This document shows positions 37,401 through 47,378 of a DNA stretch of 64,000 nucleotides, in pieces; positions within the stretch are counted from its first letter, which is position 1; each line of letters starts with the position of its first letter. The DNA is from Rhizodiscina lignyota. Taxonomy: Eukaryota. The position numbers and the translations under genes are program-made. The notes beneath the pieces are model-generated. The model did no database searches and had not been told where the DNA came from. It saw only the letters and a program-made list of their open reading frames with translations. The stretch lies in assembly GCA_010015805.1 (NCBI GenBank), contig ML978121.1:3844001-3908000 (forward strand). The letters run 5' to 3'.

Positions 37401-38437
37401 CCATGCTTGGTCGACATTCTGCCAAGACCGACTTAAATCAATTGTGCGGCAGTCTCGTAACCCCTCTCGAGCGGAGAACAAGGGAGGGTGATGTGCTCGT
37501 GTTATGTCCGACTCACGAGCTGCACAGGTTGCCGATGCATGCTTTAGATGTGGATGAGGAGCCGCTCATTCGGCGGAATCCAGTGCTTTATATCCACTCT
37601 CACTCATTGCTAAGGTCTTGTCAATCCGCTGCGCTTTACGCAGCGGACGTACAGTCTCCTATGAATGCGCTGGTATTTTCCGGCATAGGACGTATACATG
37701 ATCGAAGCTATAGGGCTGGCCGAAAATCCGTAGTGGATGTTGCCGCTCGTTTGAATGCTGAGCCACTCATCGACGAAACTGCTACAAAACCCAGGTTCCT
37801 GGATAGTGTAACGCGCTCACGGGTCTTTCATCTTCACACCCACTGCTCATGGAATGCTAGCGACGCACTTGAACATAGTCTGGAGTTTCCAGTCCTCACA
37901 GATCCTCCACCTCAATCTCCAATACCAATACACGACACGACCGAACGTCCGAAACTTACTGCTCGGGAGATTTTCGATGTTCGTCTTCAACAAGGAGGCC
38001 ATGTCAATTTGATTGCTTGCTCGGCAGGTTCCATTGATAATCAAGCCGGTGATGAACCAATGGGCCTGGTCCCGGCAATACTTTATTCGGGAGCAAGCTC
38101 GACAGTTTCTACCCTTTGGCCGATTGAAGACGATGTCGGTGACAGATTTTCGAGGTCATTTTTTGATTCTTTTATCCGCCAGGCTAAAAAGAATGACCAA
38201 GGAGCTTTGCGCTCGATAAGAGAATTGGCTCAGGCTCTCCCCGAAATAGACAGGGAGTATAGACGAGGAGAAATCGAAAGAAGCGTACGGTGGATCGACA
38301 TTGCAGAGGCTGTACAACTCGCAGTCCTCTCACTGGACCCTCAACAGACGGAGCCATTGCTGTCTTGGGCTGGATTCATCCTTCACGGATTCTGGATGTT
38401 TCCAGTGACTGGAGATGAAAGTAAGGAACTGAAATGA
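34417..38437 (+). CDS. CHAT-domain (caspase-like) protease with long helical N-terminal region (~1320 aa)
   Basis: Intron ~34846-34900. CHAT motifs VLCPTHELHRLPMHAL, FHLHTHC (His codon 37841), VNLIACSAG (Cys codon 38018), DEPMGLVPAILYSGASSTVSTLWPIEDD, WAGFILHG. Confidence 0.9.
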
Positions 38438-38688
38438 AGCAGCAGTCCAGGTTCGTCTTGTGGAGTACTTATTAGGGTTGTGGTACAATCGATGGCATTC
38501 ATTCGCAAGCATATATCTCAACAATTGATTCCAAATAAGAGCCGCTTTCTCGTGGGCGGCGCTGGGCAGGCCACACTCCGAAGACGGTGTTAGAGTCACG
38601 TGCAAGCCAGGGGCCATAAAGCATATATATTTTCTCGCTTTGTAGTCTTCTCTTTCAACAGTCAACTCTCTGAAACACCTCAACTAAT

Positions 38689-39300
38689 ATGCCTTCGAGT
38701 ACAATCCAACCCCGTCCACAATCACCAAAGCGAGTTTTATGCCTCACAGGATTCTCCAAGGAAGAAATACTTAAGTTGCAAGGCACATTCACATACCGTG
38801 CCGCAGAGCTCGCACTTCTCAAACACGGCGAGGCAAGCAGTGTGCAATGGCCCGATGGCTTCGACGAGAATTTCTTCTTCATCCTCCACAACCAGGCCCT
38901 CCTCTCGAAAGCTGTCGCGGAAAGCTGTCAACGCTTCTTCGGTCTCGTCTGTGATCTTTACGAGGACATGTTGACGAAAGAGGATATCTCATCTCGCGTC
39001 ACCACGACTGGCGTTTTCCATGATCTACATGCCAAGTTAATAATCGACTTAAAAGGCTCGTGCTGTGTTGACGGAAGCTACGCCTTTGAGGACATTGACA
39101 AAGCCTTCTCTTTCGTGTTCAAATTGGCGATGGAGGAGATTGACACGGTGCTGAAAGTTTTTGCGCACTTTGCGATGGTGTATGCGCGCATACTCAATAG
39201 GGAGGGTGAGATAAAGGCAGAGGGCGAGGGGTACCCGGAAGGCCGAGGAAGGCTCACACCTGAGGGTATACTGGGCATTGGGGGGACGACACCAGAATGA
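38689..39300 (+). CDS. hypothetical helical protein (203 aa), paralog of 40007-40579
   Basis: Intronless ORF with colinear similarity to the next ORF. Confidence 0.75.
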   Translation: MPSSTIQPRPQSPKRVLCLTGFSKEEILKLQGTFTYRAAELALLKHGEASSVQWPDGFDENFFFILHNQALLSKAVAESCQRFFGLVCDLYEDMLTKEDISSRVTTTGVFHDLHAKLIIDLKGSCCVDGSYAFEDIDKAFSFVFKLAMEEIDTVLKVFAHFAMVYARILNREGEIKAEGEGYPEGRGRLTPEGILGIGGTTPE

Positions 39301-40006
39301 ACTGTTGAAACCTCTTAGGTGGAGAAAAGATGGAACGAACAGTGCCAATACGGAGAGGCTTGAGTTGAGGTTTGAGATATGGGGCGCAGAATCAGCCAGC
39401 TTTGATACAACGGATAGAATAGCAGACAGGGATAGGGATTGAGAACAACCTTGGCTCAAGCGTGGTGTCATTAAGTACGAAGGAGATCCTTTGAGTGAAT
39501 GCCACGCCTTTATTATCAATACAGTTCCTGGGAGCATCTTCATGTCGCGGCACACTCGACTTGACCTAGTTTCCTGTGAGCGAACGATTTACAGAGCGTC
39601 TCTGTTAGGAGTTCTTCTACGAAGCTTACGCATAGTAGTAAGTTTACATTCGAGATTATTAGGGCGTAGCTTACTAGGCCTGTCTTAAGAAATTTACTTC
39701 TTGTTATTGCGGAAAAGAGACGTAGTTTAGGCCTTACACACTCACGAGAAACTGGCTCCTTCGTAAGCTACCTCTGTACAAAAGTAGTTGTGTCGGGTAA
39801 AGGAGCAAATATATATTCTCTGTCGTGCTTCTCCCCTCCGTCAATGAAACAATTCCCTCTTAAAACAACTCTCTGCGCCATCCTCATAACCCTTAACAGG
39901 TTGAACCTCGGCGCGTACGCATCGTAGGCAGCGAATATTCCCATGGTACACCAAATCATCCCTCATCCATCCGTTCACAAGATTCACTTTCAAGACGTCA
40001 ATCAAG

Positions 40007-40579
40007 ATGGCGCAGACACCACAACCAATTCAATGTCAATGCCTCACCGGCATTTCCAACGACGAGATATCCGAGTTATGCGCAAGACTCACATATCGCT
40101 GGGCCAGAGTCCATCTTCCTTGGTCCATCGATCTTCACATCCTTTTCGTACACGCCTTGCGCTCGAAAGAAATCGCGAAAAGCCTATACCGGAACTTCGC
40201 CAGCATCTGCGCGATGCACGAAAACGCCTTAATACTAGAGGACTATTGGGCGGAGGACGACGAATTTGCGGAGGATATTATCACGATCTGCAGCAGAGCG
40301 GATTCGACGGCTGATCTGACAGACCACGTACACCGCGTTATCGAGGACGCCGAAGTGCTTCGGGATGTTGAAGTCGCCAACCGCGTGCTGAACGAGATGG
40401 CAAGGGAGAAACTGAGCATGGCAAAGCCTATATTCAATGTCTTTGCGATGGCGTATGCCCACACTCTGGATATGGAGGAAGACGATGGCACAGAAGAAGA
40501 CGACACAGAAGAAGACAGTCCGGTGTCGGATTACCTGGAGCCTTGTCCAACACCAGGGCTATTTGTGGAAGAAGATTAA
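40007..40579 (+). CDS. hypothetical helical protein (190 aa), paralog of 38689-39300
   Basis: Intronless ORF sharing CLTGxSxxEI..TYR, ALxSKxxAxS and FAMxYA with the previous ORF. Acidic tail. Confidence 0.75.
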   Translation: MAQTPQPIQCQCLTGISNDEISELCARLTYRWARVHLPWSIDLHILFVHALRSKEIAKSLYRNFASICAMHENALILEDYWAEDDEFAEDIITICSRADSTADLTDHVHRVIEDAEVLRDVEVANRVLNEMAREKLSMAKPIFNVFAMAYAHTLDMEEDDGTEEDDTEEDSPVSDYLEPCPTPGLFVEED

Positions 40580-40828
40580 GTGGAAAAGAACTTGACGTGC
40601 AATGTGAATAGGGAGAAGTTTGAGCTTAGTGGTTGGGATACTCAACGGCATATTCAGCTTCGCTACGAGCACACAGCGGCTGCAAGAAAGGTGGTGAGAA
40701 CATGGGAAGTACAAACGCTCTGATGCTTTATGAAGCTTAATAGAGAGTATATCTGAATGGGACAATACCACGCTATGGAAGCAACCAAGTTCATCCCATC
40801 GAACGTCATCGTTTCCAATCGTGATACA

Positions 40829-43216
40829 TCATATGGTGAAGTTCTCATCCCACTCCGGTCGTCCTTCCTCTCCCCATTCATCGAACGGCCCACTGCCTGG
40901 CATCTCAATGCCGTTGCTAAGTCTTAGGCGCGGGAATAAATCGTGCGCCCAGACATATCTGTATCCTGGGCGTGGCGAGCCGAACGGATTGTAGCGCGAC
41001 TGGGTAGTGCTGGTTTCGCTGCCAACAACTCTCTGATATTGATCTTGCCTAGAATGATTCAGATCCACAAGCGGTAGGCCCAAGAAGCTGCGGCCGAAGT
41101 TGTACAGGACATTGAATACGGTGCTGATGCTAAATCCAGCCGCACCCTGTACGTTGTCTATGGATGTTGACGATTCCGCTGTTATTGATGCTTCATCGAC
41201 CTGCTCTTCCGGCCCCTCAGGCTCCCTCTCCTCAATACTGTCATCTTTCACGATACAGCTCTCACCAATCTTCTTCACCAACTCTTCATTCACAAGCACC
41301 AGCGCACCACTATGCCACCCCGCAGCCGCCACGCTGAGCGCAAAGTAAGCGCCCAACCCATCTTCATCTTCCTCTCTAATCTCCGGCCTCTTATCCCATG
41401 CCCGTCCACGCTGCTCGATCCACTCGCTGACCTCTCCTTGCATATTCTGCGCTCTCGTTATTATATCCGGAGGACCCGATACTGGCGTCCTTCCCCTTGC
41501 TAACGCTGTACTTGGATATTTCCCTCCTGCCGCCAGGAACTCCAGCCACACGCGCTTCTCGGGCTGGAACCAGACTTGTCTTCCTCTAGCATACGCGTGT
41601 GGCAGCAGTTTGCCATCGCGCGCGAAACCTTGCGATCTGATGCCGCGCAGCATGCCTTCGGATACCTCCGATTCTGATGGGGCACATTGGCCGAGCCCAA
41701 GAGCACCACATCCCTGTGGCTCGACGCCGTACGATGTGATAGCGCCGGAGGCATGTAGTGCATGGAAATGGTAGTCGCCAAAGGCCATGGCGATGACGCC
41801 GGCATTCTGCAGTGCTGAGATACGGTGGATGTGTCCTCTGAAAGGAGCATGCTCGTCCTGAGAAGCTGGGCTGGCTGTTGCTGGAGCGGGAGGTGGGACG
41901 GGATCGCCGTTGGAGTATGGCAGGTCAACGAGGCTGCCGAGAGCGAGCGTGCCGGAAAATGCAATGTCCCAGCATGCATCGAGGTATTGTTGTTTGACGG
42001 TAAGGACCTCGCCGGTGGATTTGAGGACGGCGAAAGAGCGAAAGGATCCATGGATGTCAGTGATACAGGGCGTTGAGTCTTCGGTGGAGGTTCGTTGTAG
42101 AGGTAGGAGTTCGAGTATGTTTGCCACGTCGAGGAAGTCGACATTGAATGTGACTTTTGCACAAAACAGGCGGCACAGATCCGTGACGAAGAGAACGTAA
42201 TTCTCCAGGATGATGAAGGAGGTCACTTCCCCAACTTCCTCGCCGAGTTGATGCGTGGCAGAATCAATGTCACGATGGGACCTTCGCGGCCGTAGATAGG
42301 AAGCCTTGGGAACAACAGCGGTCTCATTGATGAGCATAGTGTCGAGCTCGACGCCGGCTGCTTGAGCCTCGAGGCTGACTGGTTCCCAGAGCACAATGCC
42401 TATGCCAGTGATGTAGGCGGAACTTTTATTCCAGCCTGCCACTACTCTTCGGACATGTCCATGCCTACGGCTGGACGAGTCGGCGGATCCGCTTTCGACG
42501 ACATCGTGATGCAGAAATTTGATGTGCAGTCCGGCCTTAGGCTTGTCATACCATGACCATATCGTACCGCTATCTGCGACGCCCAAGATGTGTGAACGCC
42601 CAGATGAGAATTGGCGAATTGCGACGTATGGATCATAACGCTCGGTCGGCCGTGGAAACCCTGACGGAAACTTCAACGGTGAGAGTATAGGATCCGTCCA
42701 CGCGCGATTCCCTCCGTCCAACGTACCCACATTATACAAGATGCCCTTTGAATTCAGTAGCGTTGTAGACCAGCCACCGCACTGCAGGTCCGCAATGATG
42801 CCAATATTCCGCGAATTTTCCATCTCCTTCGGCCACGATACGCTATCTCTCAACATCAACCGCCGCATCCTTGGTGGATCTCCACCTCTTCCCCATACCG
42901 TCGGTGCAACTTTATCATAGCTATGGCCCAGACAGCCATTCGTATTGCTGCCCCATGTGAACACCCTGCTCTGTGTGAGGAGCCGCCTATACAGTCGCTG
43001 CCATCGCCGACCGTTGGATTGTACGATGGGGCGGTTTGGAATGCGGAAGGTGGTGCGGGTTGCGTGGCTCCAGAATGTTGGATCGAGGCGGATATTGTCC
43101 TGGTGGAGGTCTTTGCAGGTGCTGCAGAGGGAGAGGAAGGACTCGGCGTCGAGGTAGGGAAAAATGAGGACGAGGATGTCGAGGGGGAGGTTTGCAAGAT
43201 TTGATGATTCAGGCAT
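40829..43216 (-). CDS. F-box + RCC1-repeat protein, Saf1/Pof9-like
   Basis: LANLPLDILVLIFPYL F-box; RCC1-like motifs VFTWGSNTNGCLG, LQCGGWS, FSSGRSH, MAFGDYH, VAAAGWHSGAL. Confidence 0.85.
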   Translation of the reverse strand: MPESSNLANLPLDILVLIFPYLDAESFLSLCSTCKDLHQDNIRLDPTFWSHATRTTFRIPNRPIVQSNGRRWQRLYRRLLTQSRVFTWGSNTNGCLGHSYDKVAPTVWGRGGDPPRMRRLMLRDSVSWPKEMENSRNIGIIADLQCGGWSTTLLNSKGILYNVGTLDGGNRAWTDPILSPLKFPSGFPRPTERYDPYVAIRQFSSGRSHILGVADSGTIWSWYDKPKAGLHIKFLHHDVVESGSADSSSRRHGHVRRVVAGWNKSSAYITGIGIVLWEPVSLEAQAAGVELDTMLINETAVVPKASYLRPRRSHRDIDSATHQLGEEVGEVTSFIILENYVLFVTDLCRLFCAKVTFNVDFLDVANILELLPLQRTSTEDSTPCITDIHGSFRSFAVLKSTGEVLTVKQQYLDACWDIAFSGTLALGSLVDLPYSNGDPVPPPAPATASPASQDEHAPFRGHIHRISALQNAGVIAMAFGDYHFHALHASGAITSYGVEPQGCGALGLGQCAPSESEVSEGMLRGIRSQGFARDGKLLPHAYARGRQVWFQPEKRVWLEFLAAGGKYPSTALARGRTPVSGPPDIITRAQNMQGEVSEWIEQRGRAWDKRPEIREEDEDGLGAYFALSVAAAGWHSGALVLVNEELVKKIGESCIVKDDSIEEREPEGPEEQVDEASITAESSTSIDNVQGAAGFSISTVFNVLYNFGRSFLGLPLVDLNHSRQDQYQRVVGSETSTTQSRYNPFGSPRPGYRYVWAHDLFPRLRLSNGIEMPGSGPFDEWGEEGRPEWDENFTI

Positions 43217-43324
43217 TGTTCACAATCGAGGTGTGGAGTCTTTTGGGGATGGAGGTTAACTGCCCTGGCATGGGGGTGATAAAATAGCTGAGCCTGATCA
43301 CGATACTGGGTGAGGTGCTCCTGC

Positions 43325-43540
43325 AAAATCGAGGTTTGCTCCCCAACACGAGCAAGAGTATCTCTAAAGCTTAACTAAACATATACCAGCTAGTATTTAT
43401 CTAAAATGCGTAGATTTAGTGTGTACAAGTTGTATTGACTGCCGAGGATATGCATCCTTGGAGTTCGACATATTATAAAACTCAACTTTCTGTCACCCAC
43501 TTGCCTGGATCGCGCCAGAACCGTGAAACTTTCGTAATTA
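43325..43540 (+). repeat. dispersed degenerate copy of the 3450-3675 repeat
   Basis: GAGGATATGCATCCTTGGAGTTCGACATATT vs GAGGATATACATCCTCGTAGTTCTATATATT, and ACTCAACTTTCTGTCACCCACTT vs ACTCAATTATTTTGTCACCTACTT, colinear. Confidence 0.65.
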
Positions 43541-43936
43541 GATTTCGAACGTGCCATCACCTGGAATTGCTAGAAATATGAGCATTATTGAATTAGAGGG
43601 GTTATATAGCTTTATAGTCGTCGGGGATATCATTGGCGCATATCCTCCTTAGCCTTTCCAATTCTGGTTAACGTGCCTAATACAATAAAGCGTTCGTCGC
43701 ATCTGGAGAGTATTGACGAAGGATATAAAAAGCGCCTCCATTATTGTATGACAGCACTTGCTTCTCGATACAAGTGCTGATTGGTGAAAATTATCCATAC
43801 ATCGTACTGTCATTCCATTCAATCATACCGGTCATTCGTCTATTCCAGAAATGTCGGAATCACTTCGATCCAAACTGAAAGCCGTATCTATTCCTTCCAA
43901 GCCTTTCCATTTCCTCCCTCTTACAATTACCAGATT

Positions 43937-45991
43937 TCAAATCACACAAACAGGATTACTCCATCCCACCGTCCACCTTACACTCCCCATAATCACCACC
44001 AGCAACCCCAACCCCACACCCACACTCGTCGTCCCGTAAACCCAAGCATGCCGTCTCCTCAGCCCATCCAACTCAACGACCCACGTACTCACCGTCGTCA
44101 GTGCGCCACAGAACCCATCCATCACTCCATTTAATACCTGACACCCAACTCGCCCGCCGCCAACCATCCCGCTTGCCAGGCTCACATGCTGCAGATCATA
44201 TGCCATGCCAAGTACCGCAGTGCCGAAGATATTCACGGCAAACGTACCTAGTGGAAACGAGGGCGCTAAGGCGTTCATGTAGAGTGAAGCGTAGTATCGA
44301 CCCAAGCAACCTAGCGGTGCGAATACGCACGCGAAAATCGCTTCGCCGCGCCACGTCTCGTTGCTCCACGGCCCACGTGAAGACGGTCCGCCGGGGCGGT
44401 CTGGCGGCCAGATGGCAAGGAAGACGGCACCGAGCCAGGAGCCTACTGCTAGCACGGGAACTGAGAAGTCGAATGCTCTGCGGAGCGAAGGAGCGCCGAA
44501 GATGTGTAGAGGGAATGGGGCATGTTCGAGTCCAATGGCAGCATGTGCACCGACTTTGAGTGCGCCAAGTGACAGGGAAACTGTGAGGATGATGACGGCG
44601 ACGAGAGCCATGAAGGAGTACCCTCCATTACGGTGAGTGGAGGGCTCGGCGGCGTGGAAGGCGGTGCCCGGGGGTGGGCCTTGGTTGAAGGGTGTGGGGA
44701 GATCGTTGGAGAGGGCGAGGAAGACGTCGCGCATGAAGGAAGAGAAGGAAGTGAGGGAGCCGCAGAAGCCGGTTGTTAGGCCGATGTATAATGGGATGGA
44801 CTTTTTGAGTTTCAGAAAGGCGATGAAGCGGTCTGCGGACATGCGTGAGCGCCGGCGGAAGATGCGGTTGCTGTTCTTTTCTGTTACTGCGACTTCGGAG
44901 AGGGCACCGCCTGTTTCGCCGGCGGAGATTAGTGGCCTGCCTCGCCCGTATGAGGAGGATGAAGAGCGCTGGGCTTCGCGGAAAAGCATCCGGTCTTCGG
45001 ACAAGAAGCCCATCATCATGCTGCCTGCGAAGTTGGCCCATAGTACACCCAAAACCGCTGGGGCACCGGGGTAGAACGTGAGCCATACGAGCCCCATACG
45101 AGCAAGTGTGCCGAGAATGGAAAAGAAGACGAGATACGAGAGTGTGAAGAGCGGCGTGGTTACCAGTTCTGCTACGGATGCTCGTGGAGAAGTCTTGTCG
45201 TCACTTTCTTCGGGAGAGTATGACAACTCTGGGTCTATACCTGCCTCGAGCGTGCCTTCGAGATCAGGCCGACGAGGATCGCGCTTTGGAGATGGTACGG
45301 TGGGGGCAGGTGCCGCAAGCTCGGATAGATCAACGGTAGCATCATGCTGCTGGTAGCTGGACGAGCGGCGTTCATGTCGCGTGTGTGTTGTCCTACTACT
45401 GCTGCCAATCCCACGACTATGTGGACGTCCGCTTGTGGATCTGCCACTTCGAGCCTCCTCCAGTCTCTGATATGCCCTTTGTCGTACTGCCTCGATGGTG
45501 TCATCGCGATATAGGTCGTTATCGTCTGGATCAGCCGGGGCGGGGGACGCAACCTCAGTGAGGTGCTCGTATGGTGACTCTGCCAATGTATACTCGTCCG
45601 ATATATGCTGTCCACTCCAGCTCTTCATTGCCTTTGGCCTCTCCCCTGACATCGGTCTCTGCTCCTCCGCTTCTCTGGCCTTTGAAGACTCGCCGCCGCT
45701 CATATTACTCCCAATGCTGCGATAGCTCTCCCGATGTTTTCTTCTGCTGCTAGTCCGATGCTCTGGCTCATCGTCAACTCTTATCGCATGCGTACTCGCA
45801 TCTACGACCTGCGGACCACTCCTCGGCCTTGACGGCGGCCCTGTCACCTCGCTGAGACTCTGGAAGCTCGTGGGCTGGGGGTAGTATAGCTCTGCAGCGC
45901 TGTGCGGTCGCGAGCGCGGATTCGATGCCGACGAGCCTATCGACGCACGCTTCGAATGGCCCGATGCCCGCTTGCTGCTGCTCTCGGCCAT
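43937..45991 (-). CDS. FEX1: fluoride exporter with two CrcB/Fluc domains
   Basis: GTLARMGL, WANFAGS, GLTTGFCGSLTSFSSF, FPLGTFAVN, GFCGALTTVSTW. Confidence 0.9.
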   Translation of the reverse strand: MAESSSKRASGHSKRASIGSSASNPRSRPHSAAELYYPQPTSFQSLSEVTGPPSRPRSGPQVVDASTHAIRVDDEPEHRTSSRRKHRESYRSIGSNMSGGESSKAREAEEQRPMSGERPKAMKSWSGQHISDEYTLAESPYEHLTEVASPAPADPDDNDLYRDDTIEAVRQRAYQRLEEARSGRSTSGRPHSRGIGSSSRTTHTRHERRSSSYQQHDATVDLSELAAPAPTVPSPKRDPRRPDLEGTLEAGIDPELSYSPEESDDKTSPRASVAELVTTPLFTLSYLVFFSILGTLARMGLVWLTFYPGAPAVLGVLWANFAGSMMMGFLSEDRMLFREAQRSSSSSYGRGRPLISAGETGGALSEVAVTEKNSNRIFRRRSRMSADRFIAFLKLKKSIPLYIGLTTGFCGSLTSFSSFMRDVFLALSNDLPTPFNQGPPPGTAFHAAEPSTHRNGGYSFMALVAVIILTVSLSLGALKVGAHAAIGLEHAPFPLHIFGAPSLRRAFDFSVPVLAVGSWLGAVFLAIWPPDRPGGPSSRGPWSNETWRGEAIFACVFAPLGCLGRYYASLYMNALAPSFPLGTFAVNIFGTAVLGMAYDLQHVSLASGMVGGGRVGCQVLNGVMDGFCGALTTVSTWVVELDGLRRRHAWVYGTTSVGVGLGLLVVIMGSVRWTVGWSNPVCVI

Positions 45992-46559
45992 GACGTCTCC
46001 TTTGCCTCTGACTCTTTATATAGCTACAACTGATTTATCCAGAATCCCAGCTGGTGTCCCGCGTGCCAGGTCGCGAACCTTGCTCTTGTCCAGGGCCCTT
46101 GCTGGGAATGGTCAACGAACGGTTCGTGAACAGTTCGCGAACTTGCTGTCATCAAGGCATGTTGGCGAGGAGACAGACCTGCACGCCAGGTGAGGCTGAG
46201 GAGTGGGACTCGTGCATGCTGCGTCGCTGCGTCGGCGTATGCAGCGGCGGGCCATTTTGCGCAGTCGGTGCCGTGCCTTGCCTTAGCAGATCTGACTCGC
46301 AAGCCACCAGCCACTTACGCTCCACAGCTCCGATTGCGGCTAGCGAGCGAGTTGGAGCTTCTGATCACCGCAGGGATGAGCTTGTCGGCATCGGCGCACC
46401 GCAGACTTGGATATCAGATCGATATCAAGACCACTCCAACTTCTTCTCCACAGGCACCTCCATCTCCCCAGAAGCGCCAATTGCTCTTCAACCAGGTCTT
46501 AGAGTTCCTGCACTTACTGCTTCCTTATCATCACTGGTTGGAATTGGCTTTTAGACACT

Positions 46560-47378
46560 ATGTCGACGGCTCTGCCAGCAAACGCTCACGTTTCGAAACA
46601 TCCGTGTACCAGGGCGAAGCTATCGCAGCTAAGATCTCACACGACAAACGCAAGAGAAACAAAGCTGTTAATACATGAGATTGCGACTATAGTCGGCTGC
46701 GAGGCATTGGCTTCGTGCGTGGAAGCTGTGGAAGATGGAACGGTGCGTTCATCTTATCACTCTCCCCGCATTTGCGGATAGACGGCCTCACGAGACGCTC
46801 AAAACTAGTCGTAGAGAAGCTGACACTGGTTGGGTTTGTAGGATGTTTCCCCCCTGAACTATGAATTTGAGCGCCAAACAATCTCCCCTCAACGTATCTC
46901 CCTCGTCCCCATCCTACGCTCTGGTCTCTCAATGACAGATGCTCTCCTCGCGATACTCCCCTTCCCTGTACCAGTCCACCATCTCGGTCTCTACCGCGAG
47001 AAGTCAACCCTCCAGCCAGTCGAGTACTACAACAACCTACCCTATCACCGTCCACCACCTGAAGAATTAGGCGACCATTCCCACCACGTTGAGGGAAACG
47101 CTGCGGCGTCAGAACTGGCAATAGTCGTGGATCCGGTGATCGCAACCGGTAGCACGATGTGTGCGGCTATTGAGACTCTAAGAGATTGGGGTGTGAAGAG
47201 GATTGTTTGTATCAGTGTGTTGGCGAGTGAGGGAGGTCTCCGGAGGGCGTGCGAGGAAGGTGGAGATGGGGTTGAGATATGGGCGGGTGGTGTGGATGCT
47301 GAGACGGACGCAAAGGGCATGATTAAGCCTGGCTTGGGAGATGTCGGTGATCGATTGTTCTTGACTCTGGGAAAGTGA
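46560..47378 (+). CDS. uracil phosphoribosyltransferase family protein
   Basis: HPCTRAKLSQLR, LVPILRSG, VDPVIATGST PRPP loop, PGLGDVGDRLF. One intron ~46743-46842. Confidence 0.9.

Noticed and set aside
43937..47378. Functional link between the fluoride exporter and uracil PRTase (fluoropyrimidine handling)
   Set aside because: Adjacency only; both are ordinary conserved genes.
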